Assembly (NCBI RefSeq): GCF_001194135.2
Contig: NC_068987.1
Coordinates: forward strand, 110,043,921-110,107,689
Length of the DNA: 63,769 nucleotides
From: Octopus bimaculoides
Lineage: Eukaryota
Direction of reading: 5' to 3'
A model generated the notes under the pieces. The model was given only the letters and a program-made list of their open reading frames with translations. It was not told the origin of the DNA and searched no databases. Positions 13,470 to 26,580 of the stretch are shown in pieces; the stretch's first letter is position 1, and the number at the start of each line of letters is the position of its first letter. Made by a program: the position numbers and the translations under genes.

Positions 13470-13700
13470 CCTCATCCTCGTTTAACGTCTGCTTCCCATG
13501 CTAGCATGGGTTGGACGGTTTGACTGAGGACTGGTGAACCAGATGGCTCCAATCTGATTTGGCACAGTTTCTACAGCTGGATGCCCTTCCTAACGCCAAC
13601 CACTCAGAGAGTGTAGTGGGTGCTTTTACATGCCACCAGCACGAAGGCCAGTCAGGCGGTACTGGCAATGGCCATGCTCAAAATGGTGTATTTTACATAT
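13470..13700 (-). mobile_element. RTE-3'UTR-derived repeat
   Basis: TTTAACGTCTGCTTCCCATGCTAGCATGGGTTGGACGG...GGATGCCCTTCC. Confidence 0.85.
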
Positions 13701-14904
13701 AGTCCTGTATAATCTTAGAGGCGTATGAGTCATGGCGGGAAGGCTCAAATCAAAGGTCTGCTTGATCATTGTTAACCAGGGATGAAAGCCTCCACCATCA
13801 CCACCACCACCACCACCACCATTACCACGGCTTGTATGACCGACATTAGATTCAACAATCAATCATTTATTTCTTCTTTACTTACTCATGACCAATGCAG
13901 TTGCCGCTGCTGTCAATGATGTTGGCAACGATGACAAAGCCATGTATATATATATCTATGTATGCATGTGCGCATGTGTGTATGTTTACACAGATACAAC
14001 CATACAGGCACAGATGCACTCGCATATACCCACACGCGTATGTACTAAGTATGCCTAGAAAATTGTTAAGACAATGTAAAATTGGAGATCAATTATTATA
14101 AAGGATTATCTATTTCTTTAAAATTATGATTGATATCTTGATTGTTCGTAAGAGGCTCAGTTACTTATTATCCCCTCAGTGTGGTATGGAGTGGATAAAC
14201 AACTTACACACACACACACATATGTATGCACACATGTATATACACACACATAGGTGTATGTATGTATGTATGTATGTATGTATGTTTGTATGTATATATA
14301 TATATATAAGTATATATCTATGTGTATCATCATCGTTTTATATATATATATATGTGTGTGTGTGTATTTACACACACACACATATGTATATATNNNNNNN
14401 NNNATATATATATATATACATATGTGTGTGTGTATATATATATATACATACACACACGCACGCACTTCATTTTTGTATTTAGTTTGCAAGCTATTTGATG
14501 TGAATTTGTCTGTTGAAGACACAAGGAGATAAATTATATATATATAAACTATATACACACACACATGCACACACGCACACACACACACACAGATGTTTAT
14601 ATAAGACTGTTGGTCGCGGCTTTGGTGATGGTGATTGTTATGGCAGTAGTCATTGTGGTAGTAGTTTTGGTATTAGGTGCAGTTTGGGTAGTAGTGTTAG
14701 ATGTCCTACCAGTTTTGTCAGAGGCTGTAGTGATCTTGGTGGTGATGATAGTAGTGGTGGTGATGATGGTAGTGGTGGTGTGTGTGTTCTGGTTGACCAC
14801 CCTTACAATATTCATACCTTCACAAAATGGAAGCTCCTGTATTTAATCTGTGTGCACATGTGTGTGTGTATGTGTGTGCATATGTGTTTGTGTGTGTGTG
14901 TACA

Positions 14905-15125
14905 CATGTCTCCTTGTCTTGACACCATGTGCAGTGGTATACAAGTAACCTTCCTTTCCAGTCTTCTGTGAAAACATGTCCAGCCAAAGAGGAAATATTA
15001 CCTTATTTGGAAACGGGTGAGAATTGGCAACAGGAAGGCCATCAGGCTGTAGAAAATCTTGGCTCAACAACCTCCATCGGACTCATGCAAACATGGAGAA
15101 GTGGACATCAAAATGATGATGATGA
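14905..15125 (+). mobile_element. Repeat with an RTE-type tail and a distinct 5' body
   Basis: CTTGTCTTGACA...GGAAATATTACCTTA...GGAAGGCCATC...CATGCAAACATGG...(GAT)n; homologues at 21495-21705 (-) and 38170-38400 (+). Confidence 0.7.
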
Positions 15126-15249
15126 TAATTTGCCACTCAAATTTGTCAATACTGATCAATGGTGATCTACCTGTTGGACAATCTTCAGTTTAATACTAAA
15201 AAACTAGCATCCCAGCTACTTATGTTTTTCACTGCCATTCTGCTGGGTT

Positions 15250-15676
15250 TGCTTGTTGTCAGGAAGGGCACCCAGCTGTAAAAACCAAGAGAAAACTGAT
15301 CTCACCTGTGCTGGTGACACGTAAAAACACTCAGTCCACCCTGTGGGGTGGTTGATGATAGGAAGGGCATTCAGGTGTAAAAACCAAGATAAAACTGACC
15401 TCACCTGTACTGGTGACATGTAAAAAGGACTTAGTCCACCTTGTGTAATGGTTGGGGTTAGGAAGGGCATCCAGGTGCAAGAACTATGCTAAAACTGACC
15501 TCACCTGTGCTGGTGTCATGTATAAAGCACTGAGTCCACTCTGGAGGGTGGTTGGTGTTGGGAAGGGCACCCAGCCATAAAAACCATGCGAAAACAGACA
15601 CGGAAGTCTGGTGCAGTCTTCTGTCTGGCCGGCTCCTGTCAAACCGTCCAACCCATGCATGCATGGCAGATGGACA

Positions 15677-15707
<31 letters not shown>

Positions 15708-15710
15708 CGA
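15250..15710 (+). repeat. 100-bp tandem array derived from an RTE-3'UTR repeat
   Basis: GGAAGGGCA at 15262, 15361, 15461 and 15561; last unit runs into the normal CCAACCCATGC..(GAT)n tail. Confidence 0.85.
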
Positions 15711-17034
15711 CTGTATGCATGTATGCATGCCTCAGTGTCTGCATGCGTGTGAGTGCAACTGAAGCAATTCCATGCAAGTATGCTTTGTATACATAAATGT
15801 GTACATGTGAGTATAAGTGTGTACATGCGCATGTGAGTGTACATGTGTGTGTGCGCGTGTGTGTGTGCATATTCTGTATTTCATATATGAATGCGCATGC
15901 GTCCATTTCTATATTGCATGGGAAAACATCACCACATGTACAATTTGTGATTAACATGAAGTGCAGCTCTGATGGTGGTGGTGTTGATGGTGGTCAGTTG
16001 TTGGGGGGTGGTGGTGCCAGCTATGTAATGTCTGCTAGGAAGTAGGAGGACAGCAGCTAGCCAAGTGTTGATCGTNNNNNNNNNNNNNNNNNNNNNNNNN
16101 NNNNNNNNNNNNNNNNNNNNNNNNNNNNNNNNNNNNNNNNNNNNNNNNNNNNNNNNNNNNNNNNNNNNNNNNNNNNNNNNNNNNNNNNNNNNNNNNNNNN
16201 NNNNNNNNNNNNNNNNNNNNNNNNNNNNNNNNNNNNNNNNNNNNNNNNNNNNNNNNNNNNNNNNNNNNNNNNNNNNNNNNNNNNNNNNNNNNNNNNNNNN
16301 NNNNNNNNNNNNNNNNNNNNNNNNNNNNNNNNNNNNNNNNNNNNNNNNNNNNNNNNNNNNNNNNNNNNNNNNNNNNNNNNNNNNNNNNNNNNNNNNNNNN
16401 NNNNNNNNNNNNNNNNNNNNNNNNNNNNNNNNNNNNNNNNNNNNNNNNNNNNNNNNNNNNNNNNNNNNNNNNNNNNNNNNNNNNNNNNNNNNNNNNNNNN
16501 NNNNNNNNNNNNNNNNNNNNNNNNNNNNNNNNNNNNNNNNNNNNNNNNNNNNNNNNNNNNNNNNNNNNNNNNNNNNNNNNNNNNNNNNNNNNNNNNNNNN
16601 NNNNNNNNNNNNNNNNNNNNNNNNNNNNNNNNNNNNNNNNNNNNNNNNNNNNNNNNNNNNNNNNNNNNNNNNNNNNNNNNNNNNNNNNNNNNNNNNNNNN
16701 NNNNNNNNNNNNNNNNNNNNNNNNNNNNNNNNNNNNNNNNNNNNNNNNNNNNNNNNNNNNNNNNNNNNNNNNNNNNNNNNNNNNNNNNNNNNNNNNNNNN
16801 NNNNNNNNNNNNNNNNNNNNNNNNNNNNNNNNNNNNNNNNNNNNNNNNNNNNNNNNNNNNNNNNNNNNNNNNNNNNNNNNNNNNNNNNNNNNNNNNNNNN
16901 NNNNNNNNNNNNNNNNNNNNNNNNNNNNNNNNNNNNNNNNNNNNNNNNNNNNNNNNNNNNNNNNNNNNNNNNNNNNNNNNNNNNNNNNNNNNNNNNNNNN
17001 NNNNNNNNNNNNNNNNNNNNNNNNNGAGAGAGAG

Positions 17035-17070
<36 letters not shown>

Positions 17071-17084
17071 ACAGTTCCATACTC

Positions 17085-17665
17085 TTTTATTCTATTACTT
17101 GTTTCAGTCATTTTGACTGTGGCCATACTGGAGCAGAGCCTTTCAGTCGAAGAAATCAACCCCTGGACTTATTCTTTGTAAGCCTGGTACTTAATTTGCC
17201 GAACTGCTAATTTATTTTATTCTTTTACTTTTTTTTTAGTCATTTCATTGCAGCCATGCTGGAGCACCACCATTAATCGAGCAAATTGACCCCAGGACTT
17301 ATTCTTTGTAAGCCTGGTTCTTATTCTATCGATTCGCTTTTTCTGAACTGCCTAGTTACGGGGATGTAAACACACCAACATCAGTTGTCAAGTGATGGCG
17401 GGGGGGNNNNNNNNNNNNNNNNNNNNNNNNNNNNNNNNNNNNNNNNNNNNNNNNNNNNNNNNNNNNNNNNNNNNNNNGGGGGGGGGGGGGACATACACAG
17501 ACACACAAATACACATACAACAGGCTTCTTTCAGTTTCCACCTACCAAATCCACTCACAAAAGCTTTGGTCGGCCCGAGGCTATAGTAGAAGACACTTGC
17601 CCAAGGTGCCACGCAGTGGGACTGAACCTGAAACAATGTGGTTGGGAAGCAAGCTTGTTACCACA
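17085..17665 (-). mobile_element. SINE family A with a tandemly repeated 3' tail
   Basis: Two tail copies (about 17085-17195 and 17220-17400), then body and head. Confidence 0.8.
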
Positions 17666-17911
17666 CACACACATATTTGCTTTTGCATATTATTTTCCAA
17701 ACTAGCATGGGATAAATTAATATACCGAACCATTGTGATGATGCCTTTCCTGTCACTAACCCTTACCTGTTTTCCCAGCAAGGGGTATCATATTCCATGT
17801 CTTTGAAGGTGCAGAGCAAGCAAATGACTCTTTGACAAGGGAAACGACACCACTATCACTGCCTGGAACCAAGCAATGAAGTCTAAATGTAAACACTAAA
17901 CACACACACTC

Positions 17912-17945
<34 letters not shown>

Positions 17946-18092
17946 GTTCTCTCATCCTAACCTTTTAGCTATCATTTTCATTCCACTGTATGATATTTTG
18001 GATTAATATCTTCTATTGCAGCTACAGATCAACTAAAGTCTTGTGGATGGATTTGGTAGACGGCAATTCAAAGATGTTCCTTGTCATGTAAA

Positions 18093-18132
<40 letters not shown>

Positions 18133-18429
18133 GGTTTGGTCAGACAGGTGGCTTTGGCAGAAGATACTTGCTCACAATGCCACATGGTGGGTCTGAACCT
18201 GAAAACACATGGTTGGGACAACTTCTCAACCACAAGGCCGTGCCTGCGTCCTCTAAAGACACAGTATACTAATAAACATCGGACTATAGATAACTAAATT
18301 ACAACAGGTATATAGTCCATTTTTTGGATTATGGTGCATTGTTGTACCATTCAAAACTTTTTATTCTTTACAAACGATACACAACGCTTCAAGCAAACGA
18401 CAATACCCTCCTCTATAAACATATATGTT

Positions 18430-18640
18430 TTAGTCCTGCTTCAGTCATTAGACTGCAGCCATGCTGGAGCAACATCTTAAAAATTTTTTTAGGCAAATGA
18501 ATCTTACTCTATCGGTCTCTTTTGCTGAACAGCCAAGTTATGAGGATGTAAACAAACCAACAGTGGTTGTCAAGTGGTGGTGGAAGACAAACACAGACAA
18601 AAGGGGACACACACATATATATATATACGACAGACTTCTT
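18430..18640 (-). mobile_element. SINE family A, 3' half
   Basis: CAGTCATTAGACTGCAGCCATGCTGGAGC on the + strand. Confidence 0.75.
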
Positions 18641-19140
18641 GTATGTGCGTGCGTATACAAACAATAGTCTTATTGGGAGGTCTTCTCAGAGAGCCAGGCT
18701 ACCTGCTTGCTTCAGGACTCCGTTCCTTAATGTATTTTGACAAATGACCATATTTACAGCTCCAAAATATTGCTTTCGCAGCATGTTTGATATTGCATTC
18801 AGATGAATTAGCAACGACCAAATATGAAGGAAGACCATGATTTATGATGTTTTTACCAGGTTTTAATATCCTGTGACTTGGCTACTACTAGTAGTGGTAT
18901 ATTTAATCTGTATAAATCTTTAGTGTTCGGTTCTTCTGCTCCTGCTTATAACCCAACTCTGTCACTGGTTGGACTGTTTGAGGGCCAATCAGATTACAGA
19001 AATATATTTTTGTGTCCCAGTGATATTGATATTTATTCTTATATATATTTGTGTACTGAACTGTTTTTTTTTTCCTTTTTACATTTCTTTTTTGGTTTTT
19101 TTTTTTGTTATTTTTTTCCGGACCAGCTAGACTCTAGGCC

Positions 19141-19335
19141 CAGGCATGGCTTTGTGCTTAAGAAGCTTGCTTTGCAGCCGTGTGGTTTTAGGTTCAGTCC
19201 CACTGTGCAACAAGGAGATCAAACAATTCTTTCGAGTGAATTTGGTGGATGGAAATTGCATGGAAGCCTGTTGTATGTACATCTCTATATATACGTGTGT
19301 GTGTGTATATATTATGTATATACATTATATATATG

Positions 19336-19381
<46 letters not shown>

Positions 19382-19830
19382 TCAGATTGGAGGCTGGTTC
19401 GCCAGTCCTCAGTCAAGTCGTCCAACCCATGCTAGCATGAAAAGCGGACGTTAAATGATGATGATGATGACGATGATGCATATATATCTACATGCATGTA
19501 TACATATATATCTTGTATGAATATGCATACATATATATATGTATGCATGCATGTATGTATGTATAAATGCATGCATGCATGTATGCATTTGTTAATATAT
19601 GTGTGTGTGTGTGTGTGTTTTACATTTTTACCCACAACCGTTGCTTGACAACTGGTGCTGGTTTGTTTACATTCCCATAACTAAGCAGTTTAGCAGAAGA
19701 GCCTTTTTTTTTATAAGTACCAGGCTTAAAAACCATAAGTACTGGGCTCTGATTTGTTAGACCGAAATCCCTTCAAAGCAAGTATTCCGACATGGCCACA
19801 GTCTAATGATTGAAACGCCAAATAGAAGAT
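19141..19830 (+). mobile_element. SINE family A split by an RTE tail (19378-19478) inside its internal microsatellite
   Basis: Head 19141-19275, (TA)n, RTE tail, further microsatellite, 3' half 19625-19830. Confidence 0.75.
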
Positions 19831-20092
19831 AAATGCAATTTATGGCTTAAAAATACACGCATGCATACACAAACACACACATACACATGCAAATGAATCA
19901 AAGCTCCAGTATGGCCTTAGTCTTGATAGCTAGAACAAACTAAAAGAAAGAAAAAACACACGTCAGAAATTAACAGTTAAAACATGACTGTATAAGCCTC
20001 CGACTTGTTTTACATGTTGAGAAAGGCCAGAAGCACATTGTAGTGACATAAGCTCTCTGTATGCCTGTGTGTGTATACATACATACACACAC

Positions 20093-20141
<49 letters not shown>

Positions 20142-20888
20142 TGTATGTAAGTGTGTGTATGTGTGTGTCTCTGCAAGTTTCAAATATCTACATTGCAAAA
20201 GGATTAAATTTAATAATAATAATAATAAAAAAAAATGTTTGTTTCTTTTTAAAACCCAAGGAAAAGGATTAAAAATTTTACACAGTATTTTTCATTATTA
20301 TCGAATTATAAATTGAAGACAAACAATTACTTACAGACGTAAACAGGGAGGGGTGGAGAGAGGGAGAGAATGGAGGAAGAGAGAGAGAGCGATGGGTGGT
20401 GAGAGGAAGAGGAAAGAAAGAAGGGAAAGAGAGACGGGGGGGGGGGTAGACATAAGGAATTATGCAACCAATACAAATATGCATGTGTTGAAGTATACAT
20501 ATATATGTGTATGCGTGTGTGTGTATGTGCATATGTTTGTGTATATATGTGTGTATATATGTGTGTGTGTGTAATATGTGTGTGCATGTGTATATATATG
20601 TGTGTGCTATATATATGTGTGTATGCGTATGTATGCGTCTGTGAGCATATGTGTGTGTGAGCATATGTGTGTGTGTGTGTGTGTGTGTATGGAAGTATTT
20701 ATGTATGTGTGTGCAAAGATATATGCGTATAGAAAGCAGTCGGCAGCTGTCACTCACACACATGCAAACAAGTGCATACACACAGACACACAGACACACA
20801 CACACACACACACATCAAACCAGAACAATATAATACGAACAGCAACCAATCTCTCCACACCACTGTGAAATGACCAAGTTTCAACCAG

Positions 20889-20923
<35 letters not shown>

Positions 20924-21494
20924 TAATCTGGTGAAATGCAAGCAAAAGCGGATTACTGGCCGGCAATATTAGCAAGCAATAAAATGCCAATTGTAAGAGG
21001 GGTAGGATTATCTAGAGCTAGATTAATCTTAATCCCACCCACAAAACAGATTCCTTCTCTTGTAACAACAGAGTGTGTTTGTGCGTGTGTCTGTTGTAAA
21101 AACATGAAGACGACGAAGACACAACATTGGCAGCGGTAGCAGGAAGAGTAACATCAACAGATCTTGCAAGAATTCTAATAAAACAATGAAATTAAAGTAA
21201 GACTGGCACCGTGGGTTAGGCAATTAGAGGTGGTGGTGGTGGTGGGTGGTGGGTAGAGGTGTAATAAGAAGACAAGAATAAAAACACACAACATACACAA
21301 ACAGAAACACTCAAGTTTTTAATTAAAGTTGGAAATACATATATCATCGTCATCATTATCTTTGTCATCATCATCATCGTCGTCACTGTTGTCGTCATTG
21401 TTGTCAAAGTCATCGTCACCATCAGTCATTGTCATCATCATCATCATGGTCGTCATCGTCGCCATCGTCACCATTGTCGTCGTCAGCATCATCA

Positions 21495-21705
21495 TCATCT
21501 AATGTCCAACTTTCCATACCTGCATGGATAAGACGGAATTTGTTGATGCAGATTCCTATCACAGGAGATGCCCTTTTTGTTGCTGACCCTAACCAGTTTT
21601 CAAGTAAGGTAAATATTTCCCCCATCTCCAGACATATTTCCATGGAAACAAGGGATACAGCTTGCATGGCTTTGATGGGTGTTTACAACTGTCATGAGAA
21701 GTCCA
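21495..21705 (-). mobile_element. Repeat with an RTE-type tail (homologue of 14905-15125)
   Basis: GGAGATGCCCTTTT, AAGGTAAATATTTCCCC and GTCATGAGAAGTCCAAG blocks. Confidence 0.65.
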
Positions 21706-21725
21706 AGCAAAGAGACAACAACATA

Positions 21726-21761
<36 letters not shown>

Positions 21762-21802
21762 TGCATGCATGCATGCATGCACACACAGAGAATTAAATGA
21801 CA

Positions 21803-22112
21803 AACTGGCACTCGGTCAGTTACGATGATGAAGGTAGCAGTTGATCCGATCAATGGAACAGCATGCCCATAAAATTAACGTCCAGGTGGTTGAGTACTCC
21901 ACAGACACACGTACCCATAACAGAGTCCTCAGGGAGATTCAGTGTGAGACAGAATGTGACAAGGCTGGCTCGTTGGAATGCTGGTACTATTCATTTTTGC
22001 CAGCAATGTGGTGAAATAAAGTGTCTTGCTCAAGGATCAATGCACAGCCAAGTGTGAAACTAATGGTCTTATGATTGTGAGCCAAATACCCCAGCAACTA
22101 AGCTACACACTT
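21803..22112 (-). mobile_element. SINE family C (tRNA-headed)
   Basis: CTCAGGGAGATTCAGTGTGAGACAG, CATTTTTGCCAGC and GTGTCTTGCTCAAGGA; homologous to 53683-54410. Confidence 0.8.
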
Positions 22113-22488
22113 ACACTGAAATGAAATAAATGACAAGGAAATATGAATCATGTAATCGATTTCATAAATGCACAAGCACTCAGCTCTGAGTCTGCTGCAT
22201 CTAATAGCAGAAACAACTGTAAGCTAATGAAGTTGATTGTATAATTTCCTGACATTTATTTAATATTGTATTATGCTCTGTACTCACCTAATACTTCATT
22301 CTGAAGCATATTGTATAGTGAGTTCTAACACTGGGTTATGTGTATCACTATACCCAAGTGAAATCTTAATATATATAAGCAAACACACACACACACACAC
22401 ACATGCATGCACACACATACACACACACACACATGCATGCACACACATACACACACACGCACATTTACACACACATATATACATATGC

Positions 22489-22574
22489 ACACACATGTCC
22501 ATACACACACATGTCCATACACACACATGTCCATACACACACATGTCCATACACACACATGTCCATACACACAC
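22489..22574. repeat. 16-bp minisatellite (CATGTCCATACACACA) x5
   Basis: Perfect repeats read directly. Confidence 0.9.
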
Positions 22575-22690
22575 AATATGCTTCTTTCAGTTTCCATCTA
22601 CAAAATCCACTCATAAGACTTCGGATAGCCCGTGGTTATAATAGAAGATACTTGGCCAAGGTGCCATACAGTGGAATTGAACCCAAGACA
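22575..22690 (-). mobile_element. SINE family A, 5' half
   Basis: CTTCTTTCAGTTTCCATCTAC...AGAAGATACTTGGCCAAGGTGCC. Confidence 0.7.
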
Positions 22691-22734
22691 ATCCGATGCT
22701 GGTTCCAAGTATAAAGTCTTGGTGTTAGCGCCAC

Positions 22735-22925
22735 TAAAAAAACAACCAATACCCTCTGAAAATGGTTGGTGATAGGAAGTGCATCCAGCCATAGAAACCA
22801 AGCAAAAACAGACAAAAACAAAGAAGCCTGGTACAGTCCTCTGGTTTGCCAGCTTCTGCCAAACTGTCCAACCCATACCAGCATGGAAAATGGGAGTCTG
22901 ATGATGATGATGATGATGATGATCA
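22735..22925 (+). mobile_element. RTE-3'UTR-derived repeat
   Basis: GGAAGTGCATCCAGCC...CCAACCCATACCAGCATGG...(GAT)n. Confidence 0.75.
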
Positions 22926-23454
22926 AGCAGAGACTTAATCTTGAAATATGAGATAGCGTTATTCTGTATTTGTTGCTGTGTAGCCCTAGGTCAGTCTTGA
23001 CTGAGCACTCCCATGATTCAAAGAATCTTCAGTCATGACTATCCTATTTTTTTCATCAGATGCCTAGTACACCGTGAATTACATTATCCAATATGTCTCC
23101 TATTTTCAAAGATAAGCAGAGCATCTAATTCAAGAGTCTTTTGGTTGCTATTTCTAGCAGATCAAACGAACACACAGAAGATCCTCAACTGTTTGTTATA
23201 TCATTATTGTTGTGTTTGTCAGTGAAGAAATCAGCAAATTCTTAACTAACAGTTATGGAAATATAGAAGACCAAAATCAGAAATATCAGCGCCAAACAGA
23301 GTAAAGAAATGACATTCTCAGAAAGTCTATATACAAAGATTTCACTTAGTGATAATTAAGAATTAAGGTGTTGTCGATTATTATTTCTTATCTTTCTCAG
23401 CTAATGTTTCATTTTCTTTTCCGACAAAGATAGCAACATGAGGTAGCTACTCAC

Positions 23455-23496
23455 GCCCATCACCGCCATCACCGTTTCTGTTGAATTGCTTTCCAT
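23455..23496 (-). CDS. Speculative first coding exon, MESNSTETVMAVMG
   Basis: ATG preceded by an in-frame TAA, 14 codons, then GGC|GTGAGT donor, in locally CpG-containing non-repeat sequence; no partner exon found. Confidence 0.2.
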
Positions 23497-23779
23497 TTAT
23501 TTTGTTTTGCAATTAAAGTAACTCTGATTCTTTAAACAATAATACTTGCTTGTCAAGTGCTGCGACATGTTTTTCTAATATTATAAGGATAACAAGCAAA
23601 CTACTGTCTTCTACTGTTATAATTCCATTCACATCTAAGGATGTGTTTAATAGGAATATAAATCTGCTTCAGTCCACAAATGGTACATCAACATCATCAG
23701 CACCATTGTCGTCATCACTACACCAACACCATCACTTCCACTGCAGTGACTGTCTCCACCACCACCACCATTGGTGCCA

Positions 23780-24200
23780 CCACTACTATGCTAGCATGTG
23801 TTGGATGATTTACCAAGTTCCTGCCAAGTCTCATTGTCTGTTTTGGCATGGTTTCTACAGCCGGATGCCCTTCCTAATGCCAACCACTTTAGAGAGTGTA
23901 CAGGAGAGTTTTTTTTTCACATGGTACCAGCATGATACCTTGTCATTGTCATCGTCATCATCATTTAATATCTGTATACCATGTTGTGACGGCTTTGATG
24001 ATTTCACAAGATCCAGCAAGCCGAAAGGTTGCATTGGACTCCAACCACTCTGAGAGTGTAGTGGGTGTTTTTACGTGCCACTGGCACGAGGGCCAGTCAC
24101 ACAGTACTGGCAATGGCCACGCTCAAAAAGGTGTTTTTTTTACGTGCCACCTGCATAGCAGCCAGTCCAGCGGCACTGGCAATGACCTTGCTCGAATGAT
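23780..24200 (-). mobile_element. Two adjacent RTE-3'UTR-derived repeat fragments
   Basis: GGATGCCCTTCCTAATGCCAACCAC; GAGAGTGTAGTGGGTGTTTTTACGTGCCACTGGC. Confidence 0.7.
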
Positions 24201-25396
24201 TTTCTAATAAAGGAGAGGTTGGCATTATTTTATATATATATATATATATATANNNNNNNNNNNNNNNNNNNNNNNNNNNNNNNNATAACAGGCTGGATCC
24301 CTTTTCAAAATTTGAAAATGGATCTGTCGAATAAGGATTTAATAAAAAAAAAAAAATAAAAAAAAAAAACACCTGATGATATTTTCCCTCACCTACCCTC
24401 ACCCTGTGCCTCAAAAGTCCCGTGTCACACCTCGCTGCTCCTCCAATCTCCTTCTTAGAAACTCAGTCAACCCTGAGATGTCTTGGTAAGCCGTTCTGAC
24501 ATTACTCCTAATGTCACTGATAATCATTGGTTGAACGAGGGCAAGGACGGAGGTCTTCACTGCCACTGCCAGGGCACCACCAGATGGCACTTTGGCCTCG
24601 ACCATCCTCACTTCCCCCAATGCCACAAAATAAATGGCACTATTTACTACCTCCATACCTATGCTGTACCACCCAAATTACTATGAATTTCACCATATGG
24701 TACTACAACCACCATTATGACAAGAACAAGAACACTACCACAACCACACCACCACCACAACAACAAAAACACCAATACCACCACCACCACCATTTTGCAT
24801 TACAGCCTCAACAACTACCATCTATGGCACTGCCACTACCACACCAATAGCCATCACAACCACATGACACTACAGCCTCTACACTTATATATACCACCAC
24901 CACAACTACCAGCCTCCACACCTATACTGTACCACCCAAACTGCCAAAACTACCATCACCCCACCCCACCACTGTATATCACCTCACAGCTTTTATATTT
25001 ACACTTACACTACACCAAACCAAACTACCACCACCACCACCACATTACCAACACTAGGCACCACCATAGTACCACCACCACCACCATTAACCTCACTGCT
25101 GTTTGTATTTATTGTTTTAGAACCATCGGAGGAAAAGAGTTAGATTGAAACCTTAATGCTGTTCACTGAAGTGTAAATAAAAAGCTCAAGTCCATCCACA
25201 AGAAATGAGGCAGATCCAACATGATGGCAATATGGTAGAGGCAACGTCGGATCATGTGCCCATGCTATGATGTGTACTGACATTGAGAACACATAAAGAG
25301 ATGCTCTCTCTCTTTCCCTCTCTGCTGGTCCGCTTGCCTGTCTGTCTCACTGTCTGTCTGTGTCTACGCACAACTGTCAGCATGTGCATGAATATA

Positions 25397-25438
<42 letters not shown>

Positions 25439-25472
25439 ATGATATCTACCTTAATATATACAGTATATGGGT

Positions 25473-25507
<35 letters not shown>

Positions 25508-25559
25508 TGTTTTTGCTTGCTTGTGTGTGTGAGTATATATATATATTGCCAGCGCTGCT

Positions 25560-25870
25560 GCACTTGCTAGTGCCGCTGGACTATGCCAGTGCCACTGGAT
25601 TGGCTCCTGTGCAGGTGGCACGTAAAAAACACCATTTTGAGCATGGCCGTTGCCAGTACCGCATGATTGGCCCTTGTGCCAGTGGCACGTAAAAGCACCC
25701 ACTGCACTCTCGGGGTGGTTGGCGTTAGGAAAGGCATCCAGCTGTAGAAACTCTGCTAGATCAGATTGGAGCCTGGTGCAGCCATCTGGTTTCACCAGTC
25801 CTCAGTCAAATCGTCCAACCCATGCTAGCATGGAAGGCAGACGTTAAACAATGATGATGATGATGATATA
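25560..25870 (+). mobile_element. RTE-3'UTR-derived repeat, well preserved
   Basis: GTGGCACGTAAAAAACACC...GGAAAGGCATCCAGCTGTAG...CCCATGCTAGCATGG...(GAT)n. Confidence 0.9.
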
Positions 25871-26099
25871 TAACCCCTTTCTGGGGTTTGTATTCCTGCA
25901 AGCTGCATGCCGACCTCACTAGTGTGGATGGCATGAAAAAGGTACCCAGTCCATGCAGTGAAGTGGTTGGCATGAGGAAAGGCATCCAAACATAGAAACC
26001 ATGCCAAAGCAGACATTGGGGATGCTACAGTTTTGGAATACATCAAATCTTGTCAAACTATCTGATCCATGCCAGCATGGACAGTAAATGAATATATAT

Positions 26100-26338
26100 A
26101 TATGTCTGTGTTTGTCCCCCCAACATCGCTTGACAACCGATGTTGGTGTGTTTACGTCCCCGTAACTTGCCGGTTCGGCAAAAGAGACCGACAGAATAAG
26201 TACTAGGCTTACAAAGAATAAGTCCTGGGGTCGATTTGCTCGACGAAAGGCGGTGCTCCNNNNNNNNNNNNNNNNNNNNNNNNNNNNNNNNNNNNNNNNN
26301 NNNNNNNNNNNNNNNNNNNGACTGAAACAAGTAAAAGA

Positions 26339-26340
<2 letters not shown>
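26100..26340 (+). mobile_element. SINE family A, 3' half, young
   Basis: Close match to the in-window consensus. Confidence 0.9.
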
Positions 26341-26372
<32 letters not shown>

Positions 26373-26419
26373 CCCATGCTAGCATGGAAAGCGGACGTTA
26401 AACGATATATTTGTAGACA

Positions 26420-26580
26420 CAGATGTGGCTGGGTGATAGGAAGTTTGCTTCCCAACCACATGGTTCCGGGTTCAGTCCCACTGCATGCCACCTTGTGCAA
26501 GTGTCATCTACTATAGCCTCGGGCTGACCAAAAGCCTTGTGAGTGGATTTGGTGGGCAGAAACTGAAAGAAGTCTATTGC
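26420..26580 (+). mobile_element. SINE family A, 5' half
   Basis: CCAACCACATGGTTCCGGGTTCAGTCCCACTGC. Confidence 0.85.
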
